Part shown: piece after piece, positions 28,701-41,699 of the stretch
Layout of the letters: the number at the start of each line of letters is the position of its first letter
How positions within the stretch are numbered: position 1 is the stretch's first letter
Assembly: GCF_009834535.1 (NCBI RefSeq)
Contig: NC_045696.1
Span: forward strand, 43,774,001-43,838,000
DNA length: 64,000 nucleotides
Direction of reading: 5' to 3'
Source: Camelus ferus
Lineage: Eukaryota
Made by a program: the position numbers and the translations under genes
Notes under the pieces: generated by a model
Seen by the model: only the letters and a program-made list of their open reading frames with translations
Told to the model about the DNA's origin: nothing
Database searches by the model: none

Positions 28701-30173
28701 ATAATTTAAAGTACTGAGCTGCTCTGACTCCCATTCCATGAGTTTATCTCTGAATGCACAAATAATACTGTTTTGTGTCATCTAAAATGTCTACATGGAT
28801 CTTTTCAGCAAGATTTAAAAGATATGAATATTATTTCTTAAACTATTAAAAATATTTATAACTAGCTATTTCAATTTTTAAGTTGGATCATCATGGCTCA
28901 AAATTTCATATCTGCTAATAAAACTGAAATATTTTTAGAAAATGACTAGAGATACTGGTGCTAGGACCACAGGAACCAGTTTTGTACCCTCTTTTTTATT
29001 TGATACGAAAAGAGGTCATTTTCTCCATTGCAAAGTGAAAAATAAGAGCAGAATGGAACTCAGAATGGCTTGTTTCCTGCTCTAAAACAAGAGAAGACGC
29101 AACACTCCCTTCCTTAACAATACAATGTAAGGTGATAACAGTTGAACTTAAATAGAAATAAATATTTCAGTTGTTGTAATTGAGTGAATTTAAAGTGAAT
29201 ACATTTAAACAAATAAATATTTATTTAAAAGAAATCTTGTTCCTTTCTCACTCAAAACCATTTTTTGTTTGTTTTTGATTGTTTTGTTTGTGGTCATTAT
29301 TGCTGTTCATCTGGGTCAAAGTAAAATAAAAAGAACAACGGGTCTACGATAAGCAGAGCTGAAGTCAGACTATCTGAGTTCTGGTCTCAGCCTGTAGGAT
29401 ACGAATTATTTTAATATGACTTTAATGCCATTTTGCCAGGCCTTATCAGTATTTGAAAAACAAGATGGGTACACTGTGTTCTTTAAATTTGATTTCAGTT
29501 GGCAGCTCTGCTGTGCCCATCTAACTAGAGAACTACTTAGCCGTATAAATCTCAATAACGTCACTGGTAGACACACCCACTTCCATTAGTTCGCTGCTTG
29601 ATGGATGGGGAGCAATAGTTAGTGAGGATCATATGTATGATTCATAAACTAGGAAGAGCTTAAAATAACTATGATTCTATACCACATGGGCTTCCACACA
29701 TTAGATAAAGAGGCAAAAGTAACACCCTGGTGAGAGGTGTCACATTTCTGAAGAAGACCATTGGAGATGGTGACAAACATCCAATTATCTGTGTATCCCC
29801 AGCAAATCTGTTCTGTCAGAATAAAAGGAAGCTTACTAACCTGTGACTCTTAGAAATGTAGTCAGACTTTTCTTAATAAGTCATTGAAGGAAAGTTAGAA
29901 TATAACTACAAAAAATTAAATAAATATGGCTGAAAATAACTGAAGGAAAGAAGAGAAAAAGCAACAAATTCTCCTGATTCAACCTAATGTTTTAATTTTC
30001 TTCTCCCTCGTAATTGTAAGATTATGACATAATAAACTCTTACTCCGCATTCTGCCCCCCTGTACAGTAGGCTTAAAGCACCATGGAGAAGCAATTAAGA
30101 CAAGCTCATATGGCTGGGGCCACAGCCACATAAAACAACAACCATAACATTCATTTGTGTCTTTATACATTTC

Positions 30174-30246
30174 TACATACACACAAACACACACACACAC
30201 ATAAACACACGCGATAGATACTACATGGGGTGTGTATGTATATATG
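30174..30246. repeat. (CA)n/(TA)n microsatellite
   Basis: Imperfect CA and TA runs seen directly. Confidence 0.85.
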
Positions 30247-30699
30247 TAACTTTTTCTCTTTAGTTTTCTGTCTTCAAGAGTAATGTATCATCCTCTCATC
30301 AAAGCAATGCATCAGTATAAAAGAAGAACAGAATTGAAACTTCAACAGATTATGAGAGTAATAATAAAAAAGAAAAAAATTAAAGTAAGAAGAGGGAAAA
30401 TGGTAATTACATAGAAGAACAAACTTAAGTAAAATTATATTTTAAAATTATAATATTTTAAAGAAGAAAATTATAATTTAACTCTAGTATTGCAGAATCA
30501 TGGACCCTCAATAAAATTTCCATGTATTTTAGAAAGAACTGTGCCATTATTCTAGATAGAAAACAGTAAAATATTTATTTTTTAAAAAGTGAAATAAAGA
30601 GAAAGAGCCTTGAGGTTAAGCTGAAAAAAAATATTCCCACATCATGAATAATTGAAAGTAATAATTAAGTTGAATAGGCCACAAAAGGTGTGAGTTTTC

Positions 30700-31400
30700 A
30701 AATTCACATGAACAATATTCTGATTTAAAATAACTTGGCTTTATTATTTTTTTTTCTAATTGGTATTTGAGAACTCAAAGAACTCATAATTCTAATAAAA
30801 CTTTAAAATTTAAAAAATAAGTTGCTAACAGTGGCTTACAAAACTTTGAAAATCACTCTTTTGTAACATATCTTTGAGCAATGCACTATTTGACTAAATT
30901 TTTAAAATATACTGTATTCCAATAGCAGGACATCTCAGCTGTGGCTATCCATTCAAAGAGACAACACTCTAATAAGAATTGTTTACTTAAGAAAATGATT
31001 CAAGTTTCTACACACTTCTAACCACAGATACCTACTTTTCTGCTCAGAAAATTTTAATTGTAAACAAACCTCCTTAGGTAACTACAGTTTACCAAATGCT
31101 CCGCCACTTCTCTTAAATATCTGATCTAGTTATATTGTGCTACTCCTATCCTTTCGAATTTTGTATTGATATATGTGAGAATCTAATCAGTGTAATTGTC
31201 TGATTTATCTTATTTGATGAGAAAACTTTCCACAGTTCAAAGTAATCCCTCTCATGGCTTCCTACATTAGCAATTTTACAATCATTCTTAACTCCTTTTT
31301 TTCTTTCCCTACGTTTAAACTGATAGTAGCAAAGTCATCTATATTTTTGCTTCTGAATTCTCCATGTTTTGGTTTTATGTTTATTTAAGGGAAGAGCCAT
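30700..31400 (-). pseudogene. Further APOBEC4-like unit, probable downstream continuation of copy M1
   Basis: Single frame 31080-30840: KEVCLQLKFSEQKSRYLWLEVCRNLNHFLK*...EYSIF*KFSQIVH versus APOBEC4 KMYNFL and IYFSQLYH; shares YLW with plus-strand unit at 59043-59195. Confidence 0.5.
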
Positions 31401-32299
31401 AATGAAAAATAATTTTAAAAATTCCAAAATAATATTCCAAATCAAAAATATTTTTTAAAAATACAAATACATCATTCAGCATTTTTTTCTTTTCTCTTCT
31501 TCGATGTCATTTAAAAAATACAAAAAAAGAGAAAGAAAAAGAATCAAACCCCCTTTTAAAAAATTACTTCTAGAAAATAAGTATAATCTTCAGACTCTAC
31601 AATGCATATGAAGGTTGCCAAAATTGATGTCTTTAAGGACCCTCATTGGCAAAAGTTAAGCAAAGGAGACAAATAGAAGAGAGGGTAGTGGTAACAAAGT
31701 TTAGAAAACATGAGCAAAATTCAGGGACAGGAGAATGTTTAATTTTGAAGTGCAAAACATCATTTTTTGCAGCAATATTTGCTAGAACTCAGCATAGGGC
31801 AGAGAGGGGTTATGCTGAGAAGCACTATCTCTGAAGTGTTAGGAAAAAAGGATACTCTGGGTTCTGAAGTAGGAAGAATACAGTGCATGCATTCCAGGGA
31901 TCTCTCACAAATACCTGCTTCAGTGTGGCAGAGACTGCCCAGGGTCCAGACAAGAAAGGACCCAATTCAAGCACAGTTAAGTTTAACAGTCCTCAATCAA
32001 TGTCCCAGTAAGGGGGTGCTATAAGGATCTGGCTATCTGTCTCTCAGCGGTTGGCCCACCACACAGCTACACACACACATACACAGAACAGAACTCCTCT
32101 AACAGGTGATCTTTGTTCCAGAGCACCTTGATGGACAATCAGAGTCAAGAGGGCAGTGGGATCTGAATGTTCTCCTGACCAATCATGTTATCTCCCCTCT
32201 CCTCTCCCAGATGTTATGCTCCCCAAAACCTTTTTACTTCCAACCCTTCCTAAGTTTCCCTATAAAAATTCACTGGCTAGAAGAAGGTACAAATTATTA

Positions 32300-33960
32300 A
32301 AAGATTAATAATAAAAAAGGGACACATGCAATACTGATATGAAGTTACTGTTAAAAAAATATGGGAAATAAGCCCAGTGCTTACAGTTAAATGTCACCAT
32401 TAAAAAAATATGCTGCCTCCAGGGAGCAGAGTAAAATAGTGACTGAATATTTTGTAATGAATTAAAAACCAAAAAATGTGGCAAATGTGCCTTTGTAAAG
32501 TAAAACCACAAAGAAGAAATGCAAGATCTCAAAAAAAGATAGTAAGACAAATAAAAAAAAAAGAAAGGATAAAGTGAAACTTGAGTCATCTAAATTTGTG
32601 TGAGAAGAAAAACCACGCACACACAAAAAAACAGAAACAAATACAAATGACAAACATGAAAAACTCAAGACAATGGCATTATAGACATCAGAAAAAATGA
32701 ATAAATGAAGTGGAAATTGAAAACAAATATTGAGAAAATAATAGAGAAAGCAGGCAAAGGATTTCCAATATCCATAAAAAGTGGCCCCTGGAAAATAAAA
32801 GCTTAGACAATCAAACTAATAAAATATTCGAAATATTATTAAGAAAAATATTATTTTGATAAATACAAACTTGAATTTACATACCAAAAGAGTACACCAA
32901 GAGCCAAGGAGAAAAACGATTGAAGCAATTCAAGAATAAACTTCAGGTAAACAAATTTTATTAAGGAAATCAGGGCAAAATTACTAGTAATGAACTCTAA
33001 TGAATGAAAGAACTGATTGTACAAAATGGGGGAATTATATTTGTATAATAGGATATGACCATCATAATGGTTCATCTAATATGAACTGGGAGGTAAAGCA
33101 AAAGGTAGTGGTAGGTAGGGTAATTTTCCTGATCACATTGCAATAGTTCAGTGTTAAACTATAACATTAAATGGGAACAAAAGCAGTAGAAGAACAAGCA
33201 TATTTAGCAGTACAACATTTATCACAAAAAGATCACATTCTTGGCTAGTGATATGTCAGGGAAAAAGAGAAGGGGGTGAGAGAGGAAGCCACTGATTTTT
33301 CAGAGGGAATTAAGAAAATACAGGATTAAAAACTCATAATTATAAGCACAATCACCACAACAAAAATGGATACTCTTCCAAATTTAGGAACAACACATAT
33401 CCCAACAGCAAAGAAATGAGACTTTTAAAAAAGTATAAAAAGATAAAACAAATATTGTGACAACTAAAACCAAATATAGGTCATTTAAAATGTAAATGGA
33501 CCTAACCCCTACTAAAACAAAATGATTTTCATTTCATTTTAAATCAGAAAGCAAAATTCAACTGTAGTTTGCATAGAGGTAAATCTCATACAAAGGGATA
33601 CAAAAAGTGTGAAATTAAAGACAAAAGCAAAATTTATACAACAGATTTATATTAGCAAAGTAGAAGTCAAACCAAAGGCAGTGAATAAAGCAAAGAAGGG
33701 CATTTCATAATGCTAAAGGGTTTAATTCATAAAATGAAGATATAACAGTTGTGAATATTCATGTACAAATTATCCTTGCAGCAACAATCATAAAACAGAA
33801 ATTGAATGAGATAAAAGAAAAAATCAAAACATATTATAGAGACTAATTTATTTTTCCCAGGTTATGACTAATCCAATGGTAAAACAAACAAAACCCTAAC
33901 ATTACATAAGATATAAATGGCATCCTTAATAAGGTAAACATTATTGCTATATATAAACCA
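32300..33960 (+). mobile_element. Ancient L1 (ORF1 remnant and endonuclease start)
   Basis: A-rich; 'aatgtaaatggacctaac', 'aaagaagggcatttcataatgctaaagggtttaattca' are L1 endonuclease-like. Confidence 0.65.
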
Positions 33961-36394
33961 TCTATTTTATTTATACATTACCCATTATACTTCTGGGTTA
34001 AATAAATACCTGCCATCATAAAAGGTTTAAATTTTATATTCTACTTATTTTATTTAACTATTTTTATTCTTTTTCTCTTGATTTTATTATTTTTTCTTTT
34101 TCAATGTTTTTCTTTTTTTCCTTGAATCAAATTCCTCCTTTAAATCCTTCCACCTTAATTTATATGTAATTGAGTTATATTCAGGCTTTGGTTACTACTA
34201 CCAAGTGATCATCCGGCAGGGTAATCACACAAGGTAATGCCAGAATGATCTTGCCAATGTGTAATTCTTTGATAGCCTCTTCCTGTAATTATCTTCGAGA
34301 TTTCCTTATTTCTAGGTAAATTAAGTACAGATTTTTCCACATGTCTTTCAAGTTTCTCCAAAATGTATGATGCAACCCCATTTTTATCTTTATTATATTC
34401 TCTTGTATTCACTTTATCCTTGTCTGGATTATGGGTGCTTTCTGAATGTTTCACTCACTTTCTGGTCTTCTTGCCTCCTCTTATGGTTTTGTTTATTTAA
34501 ACTTCCTTCCTTTCTCTTTCCTGGCTAATCTACCTAGTGTTACACATTTGTTTCACACTTACTGCAAATCTGGAGGTTCTTGAGAAGACCATATATGTGT
34601 TCTTTAAGCCTGTGTAATAGGATATAATGCATTTCTAAATTAAGTAGAGAGGAGTGAGAGTAATATCTCTGGAAGAATAGAACTCTTTCCAGACTATTTC
34701 CATCTCATACCTTATACTTCCACATTATTACTGTCATCTTCTACTGCTGAACTGCAGTCAGAGTCTGAATCTCCTGTTCTTATCTTCTCTTGTTTTACTT
34801 TTTAAAGAAACTTTTACACTAAGTCAGGAAGATATTGCTCATACTTCAGGAGACAGAACATTTTAGATTGTATTAAGTTTCTGTTAATGTGGAAGCAGTG
34901 GAGAAAAGTAAATAGATTTGGAAGACATTTAGGATTTAACATTGACATACATTTGCTGTAGATGAGATCTGATAGTTTTTCAATCCTTAATTATTCTTCA
35001 GCCATTGTCTAATTTCTCTGCTGTGCTTCATACACAATCTTGTTTAGAGAGATAGTTACCATAAATCTCCATTTTTCTTATTTCCTCTTACTTTACAATG
35101 CATTTTATCTCTTACTAATATCACCAATTACCACATAGTAAAATTCAAGGAAAATAGTTAGAAACTTTTGGTTACACCATCATTCTAGAAACATCTGTGG
35201 TAAGTATGAATACCAATTCAAAAATCTTTATGTGCAATTATATAACTTTATTTTCTATTTATGGCAACTTTAACTTGACTTCTGGACCTCATCTCAGCAT
35301 ACTGGTGGCCAATGTAACCACCGTTATCCTTTATGAGGTTTTCCACTCACTTGAATTGTGACACAGTTTTGTGATCTTACACGTTGGCAGGGTATTTGGA
35401 TCATGGAAGATTTGGTGCCCCAACTATTCCTTAATAACAATACATGTGGATTGTTTCTATGATGGTCTTATTTAGTCCATGTCCATAGGGCTCTCCCAAG
35501 TCTGATGTCTCTGATTTTTCTATCTCATTGCAGTGCTGTGTAAGTTCTCATATGACTAGTTGCAACATGTATCTGGGATATTATTACCTCTCTTTTGATA
35601 CTACTAAGAAGTACTTTGGGAACTCTCAGTTATTTCTATTTCTACTCTTTCTTTATTCCTCTTACAAGCCCCTGATCAGGGAGGAAACTTGAAGAGTAAT
35701 GGAAAATATTTCTCCCTTTATATTTTTTCAAGGAATTTAGTCTATGCTCACAGATCCCCAGCTTTGACCACCTTTTGGTACCTGCCCCCACTTTCACCCT
35801 TCCCTTCAACCCCAAAAAGTGCTTTGGTATTTAAAAGATAAAAAACAATAATATGCTATGTATTTCTGGTTTCCACATCTCTCATGCCTCCTTGTGTCTA
35901 TGAGTACAGTATTAAACGTATGTTTGAGTTGAGGGAAGAGGAAAAGGAAGGACGAGAGATACAGATAAAATTAAAAGAAAAAAAATGACTATCATCCCAC
36001 CACATTTTTCTCCTAGTTATTTTGTGTTTCCAGGACTTTTTTTTTTAATGTGACTATTTGTTTCCTTCAGGTGCACAGAATCATTTTGACCATACTTTGC
36101 AGGTTAAGGCAAACTTTTATTAGCATACCACGTTCTACCCTTTATTTTCTTTCAACCTTCCTTCATCAACTATAAATACACATTATTATGTATCTAATGT
36201 ATGCCTTCCAAATTGTCTTTGAGCACACACACATTATATATGTGTGCATACAAGAAAACCACATGATATTTCAATACTCTTTAAAATATATGTAACAATT
36301 TAAACTCCCAGCAGAAACATTTTGTAGGTTCGTACTATGATACATTATCATTAGCCTTTACTTCTTAATTTTTGCTCATATTATGGATATAAGG

Positions 36395-36780
36395 TGTTTT
36401 GGTTGGCAGCATTATAAAGATGCTCCCTTCCCAAGTTTCCCAAGTTATTCAATACAACACTAATCTAGGTATTGCTGTGAAATGACTTTGTATATGAAAT
36501 TAAGGTTGTTAAACAGGTGACCTTAAAGCAGGGAAGTTATCCTGGATAGGGACTGGCAGGCCCAGTGTAATCACATGCACCCTTAATAGCAGAAGAAGAA
36601 GGTAAAGTCTGAGACCAAAAGACAGGAGTCATAGCAAAGATGAGGTGGAAGAGACATTAGAGAGATTCATTCTCCCATCATTGCAGGCACTGAAGATGGA
36701 AGAATGGGATCAGGAGCCAAGGATTATATGCGGTCTCTTGAAGTTGAAAGTAGTCCCCTGGTTGTCAGCCAGCAAGGAAA
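36395..36780. mobile_element. MaLR (MLT1-type) LTR
   Basis: 'ttatcctggata...ggcccagtgtaatcaca...gaagatggaag...gagccaagga...cagccagcaaggaaa'. Confidence 0.8.
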
Positions 36781-37935
36781 GTTCTTTTTCTGTATATTTA
36801 TTTTTTGTATGCAATTAACTTCTCTTGCTTTGTGGCTTGCATTTTCACCCTTCTAGAAAAGTCTTGTGATATTTAGTTTTTCTTACCCTTAAAATAATCT
36901 AATAACTTACTTTCCTTTTATTAATACTAAGTGTCCTAGTCAACAAATCTTTGCCTACCCTGTGTTCAAAAGGATGTTCTGTGATATTCTCTAATGCAGC
37001 TTCTAGGGCTTTTGCTTTATTGAGTGTTGAATTTGGAGTTTGTAGCTATCCACGCACTGTATTTCATTAGCACCAAAATTGTAGTGAATTAATATAGAGA
37101 TTTTCTCATACTATTTTTGTATGTCTGTGACAAATACTATTTCATGTGATATGTTGTCATTTTTGACATGCAGGTGAACTCACTTAACATATTTTATTTA
37201 GGATTTTTGCATTTATGTCCATATTTTAAATTATACAGAAATTAAATCATAATTTAATTTTATTGTACTACACTTTTCAGGTTTTATCATCAAGTTTGTA
37301 TTTCATATAATTTGTTCAGCAGTTTTCTTTCTAATTTCCAGAAAGGGTAAAATAGTCATCTATTCTTAAATGTTTGGTAGAATTTGACTATAAAAGTTTC
37401 TGGACTCAGAATTATTGTAAACAGTTAACAAATTGTTATTTCAATTTTTTTCTATTTATATTTATATTTTATCTTGGACCAATATTGTAATATTATATTT
37501 TCCACTTTATCAGAATGATTTAAGTTTTTAAACATATTAGTATAGTATTTTTAAATAATTTTAATGCTTTAATTTCTTCTCTTTTCTATATTTTGTTGCA
37601 TTATGCCCATTCATTTTTTTTCTGGTTAGTCTCTCTATAAACCCAGAAAATATGTAAGTTTATCTTAGCTTTTTAGCAACTAATTAGAACAGTTTTTTTT
37701 TCTTCTTCTTTTCTCTACTTCATTGATTTCTGATCTTATGTTATTATTCCATTTGTTTCTTGTCGTTTGGGGCTCAATGGTTACTTTATTTTTCTGGATC
37801 TCAGTCAATTCAGTAGGTTATTAAATTTTGCAAATACTTTTTTCTGCATACATAGAGACGATCCTAAGACTCTTCTCCTTTGTTCTGTTAATGTGTTGAA
37901 TTCTACTGGTTGATTTTCAAATGTTAAACCAACAT
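36780..37935 (-). mobile_element. Ancient L1 ORF2 fragments
   Basis: 'ggatttttgcatttatgt', 'ttaaatgtttggtagaatt', 'gattttcaaatgttaaaccaac' are antisense L1 ORF2. Confidence 0.75.
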
Positions 37936-37949
37936 GATGTTTTGTTCTG

Positions 37950-40568
37950 CTTCAAAAATCTCTAACCCAAACAAAAAAGGTATACAAAACAAAACATATT
38001 TTTGTTCATGTTATTATTTTTTTTCATATTCACGAAAACCAATCCAGGTAGACAATATTATCTGCTTAAAGTATCAGTCATCCTCGTTCACAATAAGCCT
38101 GATTCATCTTCACTAGGCTAACAATTAAATTGTTAATGATGTCAGGGATTTAAATTATGCTTCTGTTCCATCTTGACAGCAGCAGCAAATAAGCACAAGT
38201 CATTTTTCTGGTTCCATACCCTAGAGCGCCAGACAACACCTTGGTGGTCAAGTTATTTAAACTGACAGGCTCACATTATGAGTAGGACCTTGATTTATTA
38301 CCAGTGGAACAAACACATTTTGAATTTGGGTAAAATTTTTAATTCAAATCTATAGACATATTTTATTAACCTTTCAATTCATTGTTATTGTTTTTCATTG
38401 GCTTTCAATTAATTAATTTTTTCCTCAAAAAGTCAAAGATGTTATCACTTCCCACTTGCTTGAGACTCTGAACAATGCATTCTTCTTTCTAGTCAATATT
38501 TTGGATATCTTTAATCAAGTCAATAAAGTTGTTTCCTCCTGCACTGACTATTTCAAGTTTGATTAATCTCTCTATTGCTACAGGCATAAAATCATTGAAA
38601 TGGACCGACACAACTATTTTAAGTTCTCCTTCCTGTCTTGCCATCTTTCTATGTATTTTGGCAGAAAAAAATATTGTTAAATTTGATTCATATAAATGCA
38701 AGTATAATGCAAATGCAATGTGACATATATTTAAAGACTCTAGATGTTATTAATATAGCATATCTTGGAAACCATGTTAATAATCTTAACGTCATATATT
38801 TAAAAGCTGCCTCCATATTTGCACAAATGAAAACTCTGAGAAGATGATCTAAATTCAACTTCAAGCTTGTCTTACAGAATATAATTTGAGAAAGTATATC
38901 AAGTTTAAATAAGAATCATTTTCTTACAGCTATTTACTATAATAGATTATTATATGTAATAAATGTATACCTTATCATCTTTATAATATTAAAGTACAAA
39001 TTTAATATATTGTTCAAAATATCTGATTTATTTGATTGAACAAATTTCAAAATGTATTCTCAAACTGTATTCTTGACAGGTCAATTTAAAATGGAAACAG
39101 TTTAGATCATTTTTTTTTTCTCAACAAAATAAATAATTATATTTCCTTGTAGGTGGTTTTGCAATTGCATTGGGGCAGTCAATGTAACATATGGCTCACA
39201 GAACACCTGCCAGCAAGAATATATTTATAGAAACAGTAAACTAATTAATACCTTAAAGAGCCCCATAACTTTTGACACATTGTGCTATCCTGTCAAATGA
39301 GACTTGTATCACCTTCCTTGGGAAAACATTTTGTCAGCAGCATATAATCAGTGATTTAACCTGGAAATATGATCTTACTGCTTTAAAAAGTACAAAATAA
39401 TGTTCTGCGAAACAACAGGTAATCACAGTGAAATGATCCCCCTCCACCATGCTATTATGCATAGTATTTCCAAACTGTTGACTATAAACCCGGAAAATAT
39501 ATATTCAGAAGTCTACATTTCTCTTTAAGTTGTCTTTTATTGTCAATATATCCCTCTAGCTCAGTGTCTGTGTTTTATACCATATAAGTATTCGTGAAGT
39601 TGACAAGAAATATGTTTAACTTTAAAATCACTGACTGTATCCTTCGTAATTCAGATTTCTCCATCTGTTTGGATTAGCATACCCTCAGTTTCTGCTTCAT
39701 TCAAATACCCTGAAGCAATAATAATATTTTCACAGAATTTGTATCTCTCCCAAAGTTGCATGTACCCCTATCACTACTGGTGAACAGTTTGTTTGATAAA
39801 TCAGACGTCTAGTTAGTCTTCTTCCCAATTCTTTTATAGACTACTTTATCTTTTTTTCCATTAAAAAATAATTTATTTTCTTTGGCATCTGAGCAAAAAC
39901 ATTTTAGAAGAAACTCAGATAATAAGTGGACTGCTTTTTTCAAGTCTTAAAATTCACTGCTGTTTTTGGATTTGCACATAACTGCATTTATTTTTATAGC
40001 CAGATCATTTGCAAAATTATCAATATTTTATGAAAAGAAGTTCTACCACTTATTAAATTCAATAATATTCAAGGATGATGAGCAGATGCTGCTTCCACAT
40101 AGTTTAATAGTACATTGCAGTCTCATATCATCATCACGTATGTTCGCAAAACAACTGTACAAAATAGGAGATAGCAAAGCAAGTGTGACATTTTTATCAG
40201 GGTATTGGGAATAAAAACCGTCATTAAAATACATTGCCTAGGTTCATTACAGTAATTCTTCAAACTGTATGCAGTAAGAGCAATACCCTATCACATCCCA
40301 GATAACTATGGTGAATGGAATATTCTAAAAGAGTTTGCCTCAGCATAAATGGTATGCAGGTTAATTGATCACTTTTTCCCTATAAGACAGCATTAAAAAA
40401 ATTTAAAACATAGTTATTATAATAATTTAAATTATAGCTAATTCAAGGAAAATGGTTGAACACATTAAATATTTTTCAATACATCCATATTTAGTGCTTT
40501 AGGGAAATTTTTCTAAACGCAATTGTGTTCAAAGATGTCAAATATTCACTTAAAAGTATGCCAATCAT
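37950..40568 (-). pseudogene. APOBEC4-like multi-domain deaminase pseudogene (copy M1), about 4 tandem units
   Basis: MIGILLSEYLTSLNTI (ATG 40568); IYAE...LTAYSLKNYCNEPRQCI; QYPDKNVTL..ILY; AIKINAV; ETEGMLIQTDGEI..VKHI; LLNIYFPGL*ST; FQDMLY..NICHI; IVNEDD*YFKQIIL. These match, in order and repeatedly, APOBEC4 MEPIYEEYLANHGTI / IHPESMLFEMNGYL / IRHIILYSNNSPCNEANHCCI / YPGITLSIYFSQLYHT / AYEINAI. Confidence 0.75.
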
Positions 40569-41029
40569 TTAAAATTTAATATCAAATATACTGTAAACTA
40601 CAGGGATAGCCTCCAAATATGTCTGATGTGTTTTATTCAGAAAGGCCTCAAAAACAGATTTTTTAAAACTATTTCTCCTGTGAATCAGAGGTAACTTTTG
40701 TTTCTTATTTCATTTACTGGGTCTTGCTAAAGCAAACTGCATGCTGTACAAATTAGAAATTTAGTCAGAAATAAATCTTCATCCTTTGTGAATTCAAATC
40801 AGCTGAAATAATTCTTCAATTTATTTCAGTTTTCTTTAGGGACTAGGTATTCTGGATTTTTTTTTTTTTTTTTTTACTTCTAAAAAATATAATCTCAGAA
40901 AAAATACTGCAGAATCAAGTATAGAAAAGTACTATGCTCAATTTTTCTTGAAGAGATGAAACTTTACAAAGTTTCAACTATGAATTGGTCTATTATTTGC
41001 TTACCTGTTATTTTTTTATTGGCTTAAAA

Positions 41030-41675
41030 AAACTTTATTATTTTTATAATTCTGGAAGTCCAAAGTGTGTCCCACTGGGCTAAATTCAAGGTGTTAGTAG
41101 AGCTGCATTTTTTTCTGGAGACTCTAGGAAAGAATCTGTTTGCCTTTTCTAGCTTCTATGAGCTGCGTTCATTCTTTGACTCATGGCTATGTGTCATTTT
41201 ACGCGTTAGGAAGAACTGTGCTTTGGTTTGGTGGGCAGAATAATACCCGCACCCCCTAAAATGCCCATGTCCTAATTCCTGGAACCTGTGAATAGGTTAC
41301 TTTATATGGAAAATAGGACTTTTCAGGTATGATTAAAGTTAATTGCCTAAATGTAAAATTATCTAGAATATTCTGGTAGACCTAATCGAACCATATAGAT
41401 CCTCAAAAGTGGAGAACTTTTGCTGGCTGTAGTCAGAAAAACAGATAAAGAATGAAAAAGGGTCACAGAGAATGCATGTGGCCCCTGGGAAAAGCAAGGA
41501 AATGGGTTCACTCATGGAACCTCCAGAAAGAAAGGCAGCCCTGCCGACACTAATTTTAGTCCATTGAGATCCATTTTGAAAGGCTTCCAACAACCAGAAC
41601 TGTAAGAATAAATTTGTGCTGCTTTAAGCCACTAAGTATATGGTAACTAGTTACAACTGCAACAGGAAACTAGTG
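41030..41675. mobile_element. Two adjacent MaLR (MLT1) LTR pieces
   Basis: 'ggctaaattcaaggtgttagtagagctgc...ctggagactctagg' and 'gtgggcagaataat...ccagaactgtaagaataaatttgtgctgctttaagccact'. Confidence 0.85.
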
Positions 41676-41699
41676 AAAAAATATATAAAGGGCCTAAAA

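Noticed and set aside
39200..39300. Mononegavirus L motif B (MCQKLW) as an endogenous viral element
   Set aside because: No GDNQ motif C or motif A at the right spacing; likely an off-frame coincidence.
39450..39485. BED zinc finger (STVWKYY) of a hAT transposase
   Set aside because: No CxxC/HxxxH follows and no transposase core is visible.
40043..40234. V2R receptor exon or ZP-domain remnant (LAL...IRDDD...IC)
   Set aside because: Needs several deletions and does not extend in either direction.
37950..40568. The true APOBEC4 gene or a processed APOBEC4 retrocopy
   Set aside because: Similarity is motif-level only, the units are tandemly repeated, and I saw no poly-A/TSD or APOBEC4 C-terminal tail.
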